64,000 nt of DNA from Nymphaea colorata (lineage: Eukaryota): positions 21,638,001 to 21,702,000 of the forward strand of contig NC_045138.2 of the NCBI RefSeq assembly GCF_008831285.2. The letters run 5' to 3'. Each line of letters opens with the position of its first letter. Positions within the stretch are counted from its first letter, which is position 1. The translations under genes and the position numbers were made by a program. Positions 25,044-38,136 of this stretch are shown one piece after another. Under the pieces are notes generated by a model. The model worked only from the letters and a program-made list of their open reading frames with translations. It made no database searches and was not told the DNA's origin.

Positions 25044-25045
<2 letters not shown>

Positions 25046-25097
<52 letters not shown>
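25046..25097. repeat. Compound (CT)n(AT)n microsatellite
   Basis: Directly visible. Confidence 0.97.
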
Positions 25098-25120
<23 letters not shown>

Positions 25121-25360
25121 CAGCGCTGCTAGCTCTGTTAGAAACTCTAAGTATGTCGTCAAGGATTTTTGATATATGAGAACAACAAATGTTGAGTGTT
25201 TCAAATAAGGATTGCCATTGCGCTAGGTAGCTAATGGATATGAAATTGATGATTAGCCTTGCTCTATAACTATGTGGGCTCGTGTGGGCAGTCAGTAAGG
25301 GTGTTGGGCACGTTCAAGCCTCGCTTTATTATTATTACTGAGTTAATAACTTTTCACTAA

Positions 25361-25560
25361 GACTCTGTTTGATACACAAGAAAAATACTATGCAACCTAG
25401 AGTTTTTTTTCAAGTTTGTACTGTTTTTCCCTGCAACATCAAACATAAGGAATTTTACCTTGTGTTTTTTATTGAATTCAGAAAAACTTCCCATGCAAAA
25501 AAGTTAGACCGTACATTGATAATTTTACCATGCAAAAAACTTTCTGTGCATCAAACGGGG
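25361..25560. mobile_element. Tourist-like MITE
   Basis: Ends CTCTGTTTGATACACA / TGTGCATCAAACGGGG; TAA on the left and TTA on the right. Confidence 0.6.
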
Positions 25561-27212
25561 TTAAGATGAGAGAAGCTAACATATAATTTTTCAAACTTCT
25601 CTTTAGATAGGTTAAATGTTTTTTTTTTTTTTAAATTACATGTTGGAAGGGGAGGCGGTGTGGCTGTGTCTCCACCTTTAGCCTCCTCTTGGCTCCCCCC
25701 TACTTGGGCATGCTGCGGCCCAGCCCGATGCTCAGCCCTAACTACCGGATCTATTGGTAGCTTTGACTCACCGTGATGGGAAAGTGGTAAGAGTGAACAA
25801 GGCATGTAGAGGATAGCTAACATGTGTTTGATTGAACGTGTGATTCTTGTGGGCATCAATTCCTTATGCAAGCCGACGTTGCCCCATAGCTTGGTAGCAA
25901 AGGAAAGTGACGAATAAGGAATTACAGTAACACAAGATACAAGATGGAAAAGGAAAGAGAAAAAGACATCTAGAGAAAAGGAAAAGAAACCACCATCTTA
26001 CGCCCTCAAGTTGATGTTCTCTTGGTTATTTTAATAATCTTCAATGGAAACCCATAGAAATGGGTTTCCATTTTCTTCTCTCCCCACTAATAATTCCTCA
26101 ACCAAAATCATCACACATGATGTGTTAAACAAGCCAGACTTCATTATATGAGAATATTTTATGCTCCCCTCGTCCAGTTAGCTCAGTTATAATATGCACA
26201 AAAAGAAAGGGTACAAAGAGCCACTAAAATCACGCACCCACTTCTGTCGGTCCTCCTTCGTTTTATTTCTCACAACTCATCAATTAGAGCCCCGTCCAGG
26301 TCGAAGTGGGCTCGGTCCATCCATTTAAACAGTTTAGTCCATCCATTTAAACAGTTTAGAGGCCGACCTCGGCAAGCCCCCACTCGTATCTTGGGACTTG
26401 AGTGAGAAATAGTGCTCACATGAATCAAATTGACAACCAGACTTTCACTGAGCTGCATTGAAGATAATGATTGATGAATACCTACACTTCATGTCCATAG
26501 ACATGAGGAGCCACATGTAGGCCGGTGTGAGCGAGAGCACAAGTTTTCAATGAGGAGTAGACTTGGGTCCTATTTCTTGTTACAAAAGTAGCGCGCCCAC
26601 ACTCGACCAGGTTCGCATGCAGATTTAGAAATTCTAGCTCCGCCACTACCTACAAACATGTATAATGCTAAATTATAATTCAAATTATCATTATCTTTGG
26701 CATTGTTGCCGCTTCGTATCATTCTTTTTGTTAACAAGTGTTACAATTTATAATAATATACTTACAAAGTCAGCTAATTTTAAAAAGTTATTAAAACCTT
26801 AATCTTCAAAGTTTTGATGGCTCTCACCATTTAAATTCCTTGGTCAAAACTTGCATTTTCACATTAATTATGTTTCACAAGTATGACTAGATATCCACGT
26901 AATTTCTCTATTTAAAAACATGTGAGTCAAGCCACGCCATTGTCAAAGATCCTAAAAGAAATACACATACACCGCAACTGGTTATGTGCATTCCCTCATG
27001 CATAATAGATTATGCACATACATAGCTAATGACTTAAATGCCCCTATATTTTATAAAAAAAGGAAGTTTTTTAAAAGTTAATAAAAAGACTATGAAACGT
27101 TAAAAGTTTAAAATGTATATTTCTATACAAAATTTCAAAACTACCTCAACCCCATCTTATTTTCTTTAATATGTATGTGTGTCAATGTGCATGCAACTGG
27201 ATCTCCACATAC

Positions 27213-27216
<4 letters not shown>

Positions 27217-27272
<56 letters not shown>
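27217..27272. repeat. (AT)n microsatellite
   Basis: Directly visible. Confidence 0.98.
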
Positions 27273-27274
<2 letters not shown>

Positions 27275-29161
27275 CACAAAATTCATGACTACGTCTACAG
27301 TTGGGAGGAGGGATCTAATATCGGCGATGTCCTTGTTTCCTTTTTTTCTTTTTCTTGAATTGAGGGCGAGTCTGGAACATGAAGCCTCAAATTATTCACT
27401 GTGTGACTCTTTCTAATTCGGACGGAGCTATAATTATTTTCACTGTCCGGTACAGTACGCACACTGTAGTTGCATCACCCACTTCTTGTTGGCTTCTCCG
27501 CTGGCATCATTCTCGACGGCGACGCCTCCCCTCTCATATTTCTTCAAAGTCATGTATGCGCCAAATTCCCAATTGTTTCACATACCAAAACAAACGTTAT
27601 AAGATGAAAATGCAAGAGAATCCCATGATTTGGCAAGAGTCACGCGCCCAATTTCTTGCCCTGCATGACGCCGGCTTCCGGCGTGTCTTTGCCGGTGCCC
27701 GTGGCGGAGTCAGAATTTTTTCGCTAAAGGCACTTGAGTTGGCAACATAATTTTGCGTGGGCATAACATGTAATTTTTGAGTCATGACAATGTGATCGTA
27801 AGATGGTATAATAAGATTTTTGTACACCAGCCAACAACTGGCCCCGCCACTGGTCAGAGCTGACAAAAGGACACATGATACATTGATTTTTATTTTTGGT
27901 CTTAAAAACTTCAGTCAAAAATTTCGGTGAGCGAAAGCAGTTCAAAGGTGGGATGAAGCCCACCTTCTTCCTCACTCATGGGGTTTAAGTCTGCTTCGGG
28001 ATCTGGAAGAATCCATGGTCTTCCTATCGATTAAAGTGTCACACTTCTACCATTTATAATTTAAAGAAATAGTATAAATTGTTAAATAAATTATTAAAAA
28101 CATGATAAAAAACATGCCCATAATTAAGTGTGATTGTTTTCTATGTTTTTTAGAAGCACACCCAATATTTTTCATGGTTTGTTGGTAGAATTCATTTTCG
28201 TCCTTGTCTCGAGTATTTATTTGGAAAAAATGACTATTTTACCCTTAAAAAACGTAAATGATATACTTTCTACAAAAATAGCTATGTTTCTCGTGAGGAT
28301 TAACGAATCAAATGTACCTACATAGTTTTGGTATTAATCAAAGACACCTGAAGCGAGCAACAAGATCTTATAGATTTTTATTCATTATTCTTGTTGTTTG
28401 GATCCAGACCCGTAGATCCATCTTTATCCTATTTAAGGGCCCTTAAGCCTCATTTGTAATCAGTTTTTTGGATTTAAGAAAAACCCTAATGGCTATTTTT
28501 CCTTCTCTTTCCATTTTTCAATTATCCTTATAGATTAGTTAAAATATTATTGGGTATTAATCATCACAAGGTTTCTTTTAGTTGAAGTTATTTTGGTCCA
28601 CTTCACTTTATCATTTCAATAAGCTACTGGCCATAACATGAGGATTAATGACGGAAAGTCATGTTTGATTGACCGTGGAATTTGTCAGAGAGAGTTATAT
28701 GTTATTGATGAAAACAGAACAAAGTCTTTGTTGCCCTTCCTTCACGCTACACACACCCCCTGCATTGACGGGCAGAGCCAAATTTTTTTTTTCTGAGTCG
28801 AATTAAAGTTTCTAAATTTTAACATGTATCATTTTTCAAAACTTTTTATATAGAGCAAGTAAATTTTTTTAAAATTTACATCTATTTTTTTTTTAATTTT
28901 TAGGTGAGCCCATGAACTTGTAGTTTAAAAAAACAATGGATGGAAGCGGGGAAAGACGTTGCCCTGCGTTTCTCCATAATATACAAATCGTCCCCGTATT
29001 TTACTAATATAAAAAAACCTTAGGCACGTTTTTTATTATTATAAGTCGTCCGGTGTGTTTCTACAAATTACCATATTTGAAAAATTGGTAGCCGCTTCAG
29101 CACGGCAACCGGATCGTGGTCGCAATGTTTTCGGGATGACTGATGAGGTGGGTGTCGACCA

Positions 29162-29657
29162 ATAAGGGTGGGCACTGGGCCGGGCCACCACCGGGTACCC
29201 GGCCCGCCTCGGGCCCGGGCCTGGAAAAAGTTGACTTGGTCGGGCCCGGATAAGGGTGGGCACTGGGCCGGGCCACCACCGGGTACCCGGCCCGCCTCGG
29301 GCCCGGGAAAAACTGTTAACGGGCTGGGTCCGGGCCTGATATGCCGGCCCGGGTCAGCCCCGGCTCGGCCCGTTAAAAATTAAAATATATATATTTTTTA
29401 ATTTTTTTAATTTTAATATTATATATTTATCACAAATAAATACTATTTTATTTTTTTAAAAATATTTTATAAATTAAAAATAATATTATTTTATTATAAC
29501 TGAGCCGAGCCTGGGTTCAGGTTTCATATATCCGGGCCCGGCCCGGCCCTACCCGTTAAATATCCGGGCCGGGCCCGAGCCCGACCCAGCGGCCCGTCGG
29601 GCAGTTCCCGACGGTTCTTTATCGGGACGGGCCGGGCCGGCCTGGCCCGATGCCCAC
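29162..29657. mobile_element. GC-rich hAT-like MITE (GGCCCG/CGGGCC subterminal repeats, AT-rich core) with a duplicated left end
   Basis: GTGGGCA at the left end (29168 and 29256) and TGCCCAC at the right end (29651-29657); GGCCCG-rich arms flank an AT-rich core at about 29375-29500. Confidence 0.75.
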
Positions 29658-31595
29658 GACGACCAATGGCAACAGGTTTCAGCAATCAGAACACAGGGTC
29701 TTTTAGGACTTTTTACTTTAATTTTCACTAAAGTTACGTATATGAAAATTCCAAAATCGGCCTCCGTTTTTCTGATACGTGAACGACGCTTAGATATAAA
29801 ATGCCTTTGCCGCCAAGTATCCACGGGTTCCAAAAATGCGAAAATAGATTTGGGATTAAGCGGGGCATTGGTCCGCTAGATAACGAGTCGGGTTCAGATC
29901 TGAGTTTGGGTTTTATCTGACCGTTAAACTCAATTTCGAGTTTGGTTGGATTAAATTAAAAAATCTATTTTTTAATATAAAATAATATATAAATATAATT
30001 AATTATAATAAAATATTTTATTTATATATAAAATAAATATTAAAAACAAATTATTGAGCCCACCTAAACTTATCGAGACTAATTTATTGAACTGGGCTGA
30101 TGCCCCTTTTTTTTGGGCTCGAGCTTAAGACAGGCGGGTATTAAGTACCAACCGACGACCCAACCAGGTATTCAGCCTTGAACTCTGGTATAGTCATACA
30201 AACCGTTTCGATTAAACCCAAGTGTGTCTTATTATGTAATTTAGGTAAAAAATTTGTAGCTCAGCCACCACTATTACTATTACTAGAAGCGAAACTAAAA
30301 AAATTTCATCTAAAATTATGGTTTCAAAATTTTAACAAAAGCCGAAATGTTATTATTTAAAATTTTATATAAAATACATAGAAATTTTAAAAATTTTTTA
30401 CATTAGTCAAATTCCTTTGGTTCCACCCATGACTATTACTAACTTGTGAAAGACAACACCCGCTTTGTTTTCAAAAGTGCCGAGAAATGAAAATGTGATT
30501 AAATCAATGAGTGTTTTCAACGTGACAAAGTTTAACACGTAGCCCTTAGTTGATAATTTTCCCCAAATCGGCGACCCATTGCTGAAAAACGAGAAATATG
30601 TGGACCTATGGACGAAACTGCGATCAAAAGCGAGCCCACAGTTGAAGTTGTGCCTTTTCATAATCGCGGAGACGAAAGGGAAAGAAAAGAAGATAGAAAA
30701 AAAGAAAGAAAAGAAGATAGAAAAAAAAGAAAAGAAAAAGAAAAGTAAAGTACGTGGTCGCACGGCCATCGCTTTAGTGACGACGCCTCAGCCACGCTTT
30801 TCCACCATCCATGTTTGCATGAGCTATATTTTCTTCTGTTATTAGAAAAAAAAAAGAATTTCTTATAAAATTTTTAATCTTATTATTCAACTATTCCAGA
30901 GATCATTTGTTTTTGTCATTCGAAGTATAACCTAGCATGTCATATTCAAAAGTTCATAAAATTATTTTATATAAAAATAATTAATTTCCATCGCCCCATG
31001 AGTTTTCTCTATTTAAAAAAGTAAGTTCTCACATCTAGTCGATATGTTTAAGTTGAATGGGTTCGAATTAATTAGAGTTTACCGTCGCCAGTTTTAGGTT
31101 GACATTGTTTCTATACTAATTGTTTTCTCTGGCATATGCTGAGGTGCATGCATTCAGTAAATATTAACTTTATACCTTTCATCATGCCAATGCAATAGAA
31201 ACTTAATTTACATTTTTTAAGCTAATTATAGGTTTTAAAATACCCAAAAAAAGTCAAATACGGTAGATCGTATTAAAAAATTGGATTAAGTAAATACATG
31301 TAAAAAAACTTCTTGTTTAAGATTTTTCTTTTTTTAAGTGCTTGGGGTGCAACGAACCGCCGGCCGGCAGTCCGGCCACCGGCCAATCGGTGTAAGAGGG
31401 GTGGGCTCATGCATATCACCTTCTCCTGCTTTCAATTTTGGGGAAGATAAAAGTACTTTTGTTTGTGGCTAATAAAAGCTTCTATATCCTCTTTCGAGAT
31501 CACTGTGGTTGTTACCTTCCGGCTCACTCTCATTACCCGAAAAGCGTATTCACTGTTTTAATAAATTAGATATCTACTTTTTTATTAAAAAATGT

Positions 31596-31599
<4 letters not shown>

Positions 31600-31688
<89 letters not shown>
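31600..31688. repeat. Compound (AT)n(AG)n microsatellite
   Basis: Directly visible. Confidence 0.97.
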
Positions 31689-31689
<1 letters not shown>

Positions 31690-34600
31690 CCTTACCTGAA
31701 AAGGATAAAAAAAGTGCATTTGAACAAGTTTACCTTGCTTGAATATGATAAAAAAGGACACATCTGTACACATAATATCAAGACTCTCGCTCTCTCTAAC
31801 TCCATCTTAATCAAAGTTAAGCATGTTTGAGCGATAATATAGGATGAATGACCTCCTGAAAAGCTCTATCTCTCTATAGAAGCATGGGTGCCTTATGTGT
31901 GTGCACACACTCACACACACATGTAAAAATGATTTAAAAGGATTACAAAAATTTGACAGTCTCATGTTTTTAGAAATATGCATGAAATACACATTTTACA
32001 TCCAAAAAACATGCTCTTATACATATATAAACACATGCAACACACATGTCACAGTTAAAATTTTTGTTACTTTCAAACACATCTGTGCGGCCGGATTTGT
32101 CAAAGACAAGAGGAGGGCCTACAAAGAGAAATCAAATTCGCATTTTACCTACCTATATGGTATAGGCCGTGCATCTTGCAGAGTATATCTCTAAATAATG
32201 ATCTTGAACGACTTTATAATCACTCATAGTTTTATAAACATAAAGATCACATCCACAATAACAGTAGTAGTAGTAGTAGCGACATAAAGATCACATCCAA
32301 AAGAATAGTAGCAGTATTGCAGTACTGCACTAGTACTACTACTAGTACTAATAACAACAACAATAATAATAAACAACTGATTTCTTGAGGTTGCGTGTGC
32401 CGGTCCGGTGCATGCAACTTCTATACACCAATAGAAAAGGTAGATATTTTAGAAATTATTTAAAAAGACACAACTTTTTTAGTTTTTTGATTTTTTCAAT
32501 TTTCTTTTTTGTCCTTACAAAAAAGTATACTTTTTTTTTTATATTAATTAGGGGTATTTTTGTCATTAACCATACTGGCACAACATAACCTACTTGGAAG
32601 ACTAAATTTAATCTATGTGTTTTTGTTGTCCATGACGCATGAAAATGCGGATCATCCAATTCATTGTAAAAAAAAAGTTGAAATTTTTTATATTTCCAGA
32701 TTGTAGTGCAACACAACTTTCACTTGGAGGTGCAAATGGGATTAATTTTATGGGCATAGGATCCAACTGAGTGAGTTGCAAGGTGGATGGATCCGTTCAT
32801 AAAATTGGTTTGTGTACGAATTACTGTATCAAACTTCATCTAGATTTGGTGTTGGATTCAGATTAGAGATGGAATCCACTAAAAAGAGATATTGGATTCG
32901 GAGTCAAATTTAACTACAAGGTCAGAATGGATATTAATAGATACATATTCAAGCTCTTCATTGGCAAGGAACAACAATCAAATGCACCATGAAAGAAAAA
33001 AAAAAGTAGAGTTTGGCAAAAATATGAATTCGAAGAGCAGGTAGCTCTCTACTTGAGGCACAGTTAATGTCCAAAATACTATTGGAAATGTTTGGCAAGA
33101 AGAATTATAACGCAGTATTTGTTTTATAATTCTACTCCAATTTTTGAGACAGATTCATGGAATACTATCTTAAATCTTCCTGTTACCAAACACCCAGTTT
33201 CTCTAAATAAATTTAATTATATTATAGTTGTAAAATGTGTAGAAATATGGTTTCTAGTTTAAATTAACCGACACATATTTAGAAAAACCATGTCCAAAAT
33301 GAAATTTGATTGAAAATATGTTGGAAAACAACAAAGTGGCTGTTTGGATGCCACCTCCAAAACCGTGTTTTTGAGATGTTTGGACGACGCTCAAAACTGG
33401 ATTTGTCAAAACCCAGTTTCCAGAAAACATTGTTTACCAAAGGCCCCAGGTTTTTCATGCAAAAACGACGTTTTCACGAGTTCATTGGTCGAACCAGCTA
33501 AGCCATGCACCTCAAGGCTGGCTTTGATGTTTGAATTGAAAAAGAATTACAAATCTGCCATGTACTTATGTTGGCATTGGAAGGAAAGGATGTGTGGAAA
33601 GAAAAGGCTTGGATTCACTAGTTTAAGGAAAAAATGAGAATAATGATTCTTTTCTTTAATATGGTAAAGGTTGAACCCGACATTATTATAGATAATAGGT
33701 GACTTATAAAAAGCCTTCTCAAATCCTTTTAGCTTTTAATATTTTTTTTTTGGTTTTTTTTTTTTTTAAAAAAAAACTAAAGATGAGTCTTCAACACTTT
33801 ATATTTTGTTGATTAGTGAGAGTGTCTAGCGAGAAGATTGAAGCTTTACTTAAGCCAGTAGTAGATGAGGAGATTTATATAACAGCTTCTTTAGACGAAC
33901 TCCAGTAGCTCATTAGGGCCCAAAATTTCCAACCGGTGAAACTCAACAACCATTTGGATATCTCTAAAAAGCGATGACAAATCTTGGAATTTTTCATACA
34001 GAAGTATATATTGCTTCCAAAAAAATTTAAAGCCCCTAGGTTTGCAGATGAAATTTATCTAACAAAACATGTATCCTCATTTTGATTTTTTTTTTTTAAA
34101 TTACGAAGACAATATGAAATTTCTAAAAACAAGTATAAATATCAGTTCATCGGTATTTTTGCCCATGTTCATGTTTATTTTTCCTCCTCAGCAGGGCAAG
34201 GCTTGGGCAGTCTACATCTGAACAACTATATAGCACAAAACTTTTCTTTGATTTTCATATGGACATTTATGAGTAACTTTTTTTATTTATACATTAGAAT
34301 CCCTTAAAAGTTCAAAATTTTATATATAACATCCCTTAACTAGAATTTTCTGGCTAGAAACAAAGACAGCCAACTTTTTTAGGCACATGAGTATCAGCCA
34401 ATCATCAAAGTGCGACCTGCTAAGATACTGAAGTCACAAAATTCTAGGAGTAGGGAGATAGCAGTCTAGTTATCACACAGAATCCCTTTGAAGATCTCCA
34501 TCAAAGAGGGGACGTTGGTCTTCTTTCGAAAAAGCTGAGTCCACAATAAAGAGCACAAACTCCAAAGCGATTTTGCAGGCAACGTACAGTTGTCGAGGTT

Positions 34601-36359
34601 ATCTTGGTATGAGGATGGGGAAAGCTTCGTGAGATCTTCAAATTCAAAATCATACTCATACTTAGCTGCCAGCATGAGGTAAAGTTCCTCCATTCAGCTA
34701 CGGAGATAGATTTCATCTGCCAAACTTGGAAGAAGATGATAACTTAGTTAGACCAAGATGGGAACGCAACTTGTCATCCACAAATGGGCATCTTAATGTC
34801 CTCAGTACTACTCGTGAGACAAAGTTGTCACTTTTTCATCAGTAAAAAATTTTTCGTGAGACAGTTTTTAAAATTTTCATTAGAGCAAAAATATCATTTT
34901 TTTATGTTATAAGTGATTTTTATTTTAAAATTTACATGTAAATTTTTTTATAATTTTTTTTTGAGGTGGGGCCAGGGCTCGTGCTGACCCTACCCTACCT
35001 TGGCTCGTGCTGACCCTACCTTGGCTCCACCCCTGCTTTTCACTAACTAGTGAAAAGGTTTTTCCTTAGAGTAAACTAAGTGTTCTTTAAAGACACTTTG
35101 ATAATAGTAACACTTTATTACTATATCATGTTCGAACATGAACAAGTATTTCATAAATTTGTTTTATTTTTTAGGGCAGATTCATCAAACAATAATCATG
35201 TGTTGGCTGTTGCCGAACGAGTTCCCAAAGTTCAAAAATCATCAGAAAACAAAGCAAATATGACCTTGTCCAAATAATGTAGCTTACATTGGAAGTAGTG
35301 CTTGTGTTGAGTCTAATGGCCCCCAGCAAAATATAAAATACTTACACTAGAATCAACCCATTATGTAGTATCTCTACTAAAAAGCGTAGTTATTTAAAAT
35401 ACATTTTTTCTGAAAAAATCCGTTTTATTTATACTTCAAAAATAGGTCACCGATGTAAAATGGCAAAAAACCTGTTTTTTTTTTTTAAAGATGGTAAAAC
35501 AAAAACACATCAACAAACATGATATATATATATATATATATATATATATCATTTTTGGCATTCTCTATTATGACATTTTTATTTCATATTTTTTGCATTT
35601 TATTTTTAGGATTCTTCCTTTTAACTTTTAAAAATTTGCCGAGATTTTTGTGAGAAAAAGATTTTGCCATATTGTACCTGATAAAAACTTGGTTTAAAGC
35701 CACAAACAATATTTACGACTACTAAAAATTGAGGAAATTTTTGATGATCTAGCAATTTCTTCCCAATCAACTTCATGAGGTTGAGGAATGCTGAGCAACT
35801 TGGCCACCATCCAGGACTTGAAAAATGACAAAGCCCTTTGGTGCGGCTGAAAATACATGAGTTCACACAATGGTACCGGTTCCATGGGGGCATCACTAAA
35901 AAGTAATACTCTAAGCACTACTTTTTTCTAGGAAGATCAAAGCAGACCGCCCTGTACTCTAGAAGGATGAGAGGTTGAGTGAAAGCTTTGGCCTTTTTCA
36001 GGCAGTGGGGAACACCCCACTCAGGCAAAAGTCTTTTTACTGAATATGGGGTGCAAATATTTCTCTAGGTCCCAAATGAAGGCTTCCAAATGAAGGCTTC
36101 TATGCAAAGAAACTAAGCAACAAAAATATTTCTTTATGGGTTAAAATAATCAGGTGCCATGCACATAAAAGAAAACCTCTTCATATGACAAATTTATCTA
36201 CCTCGGGAGAAGGTGATAGTGTATAAGAGCTCAAACAAATAGAGTCAAGTATGTGTTCTCTTGTTTTAAAATGCAACTATAAGCATGTATATATCCATTG
36301 TAAACCTTCCGAAAGATTCCAAGATGTCACCTTCTCTATGTATGTATAAGTATGTATAT

Positions 36360-37310
36360 CTGCTTGTGTATGTCGGAATATTTTGACTACTGCAGTTTGT
36401 CCTCGATGTGGTGCTATTGAGGAAAATACTCTGCATGTCCTCCGAGATTATAGTTCTTCTCAAGTTATATGGGCTGACTATCTTCATGGGGCTAAATTGT
36501 TAGAGTTTAACATGGCTACTTTGGAGGTTTAGCTGAGTAATAATATTTCTAGGCATCGCTTTTTGGTTAACAATATGATTCTTTGGTCTATTTTTATTTG
36601 CTTCGCTTGTTGGCATATTTAGCAATGGCGAAATCGAGTTGTATTTGAAGAAAGTTTTTCTTGGTCTGATGATGTTTTATTTCACATAGCTGCTTCTATT
36701 GGAGAGTTCAGAAATTATATGGCCCAACTTCAATTATCTCAACAAAAAGTTCAAACCTTTATTGCATGGATGTCACGTCTCTTGGGTTTTGTTAAGTTGA
36801 ATGTTGATGCAGTTATTAGAACAAATCCAGGAGACTTAGCGACTGGTGGTTTATATCGCAATAATAATGGAGAATGATTATTTGGCTTCACTTGTCGTGC
36901 GAGTTATGGTCATATAAGTAAAGTTGAACTTATTACTATTCTTCATGGTTTGAAATTGGCCTGGGAACATGGCTTTCGTAAAGTTATTGTTGAACCAGAT
37001 TCCTTGTTAGCTGTGAACAAGGTTCTAAAAGACCTGCAGCCTCGTGATCCTTTATTCCATATAATGAAGCAGTGTCAAGAATTGCTGTGACGTGATTGAG
37101 AATATGTCTTATGTCATACGTACAGAAAAGCTAATATGTGTGCGAGTTTTCTTGCCACATGGACCTTCCAAGCATCTTTTGGAGTGACCATTCTTACCTA
37201 TCCACCAGGTCATTTATATCGATTGATTGAAGAGGATCTGATTTGTGTAGCTCGACATCGTATTATAGTTAGTTAATGCGGTTCCCGCTCCTATGTACCA
37301 AAAAAAAAAG
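36360..37310 (+). mobile_element. 5'-truncated L1-type LINE (zf-RVT zinc finger, plant RNase H domain, poly-A tail), pseudogenised
   Basis: Manual translation gives AVCPRCGAIEENTLHVLRD (~36390), CWHI*QWRNRVVFE, FVKLNVDA...GGLYRNNNGE*LFGF, ELITILHGLKLAWEHGFRKVIVEPDSLLAV and HTYRKANMCASFLA. A-run at about 37300. In-frame stops present. 5' boundary approximate. Confidence 0.92.
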
Positions 37311-38136
37311 AGAAAAAGAAGATCATAAAAAACTTCGAAACACTAGTAATTTATCCAGGAATAGCCAAAGAATTGAAAATTTTCTCAAGAATCTTTGAAA
37401 AACATAAAGAATTCTATAAATTAATCATGTAGAACAGATGCCTGCAACTGGTTTGGGAAATCTAAGAGAAAAGAGAGGGGAGTGGGAAAGGGAGGCTGGT
37501 TGTTTCATATAAACATGCCCACATGCCATACAACTAAAAAAAAAAAAAGCTCGAAGAAGTGCAGCAAAGTGGTTGCAGTAGGCTGTTAGTTCCATTCCCG
37601 TACATATACATAAGTCACAAAATCGTGTCTCTAATGTTTTAGTGACATCGAGACAAAAAGTGAAGGCCGACTCTCATTTGATTTCCATTGTAAATGTATT
37701 TTTTCCATTAATTTTTACTATCTTATTGGTGGTTAATCATTCACACTATTATCAATAATATAATTGAAAGTACTTAGATCGGTAATTGGTGCTCAATTGC
37801 GACATTATTGAGAATAAAACTGCAAATGATTTGGATACAGATCAGCTCAATGCATTGAGAGTCAAATCATATGCGAATATTGTACAACAAAAAATTGACA
37901 AAATCCTCGAAGCTGATTCAAAAAGCAAATTAATTTATTCATATGATTAATACAATATACCAATTGCCAACCAATACAAATAGGACACATACGTAAACAA
38001 ATTCGCATTAGTGCATGCACGAGCATGCACACACATACACATACTCACACACAATATTCAGGCATAGTACATACAAACAAGTTCTTGCAATACATCTAAG
38101 TATTTTCCAAAATGGATGTTTGGGCTTCTCACAAGA

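Noticed and set aside
26317..26359. Short exact tandem duplications (also about 18936-19021, 34976-35020, 36072-36100, 44241-44300, 55193-55230, 61097-61160)
   Set aside because: Ordinary slippage or repair duplications with no sign of function.
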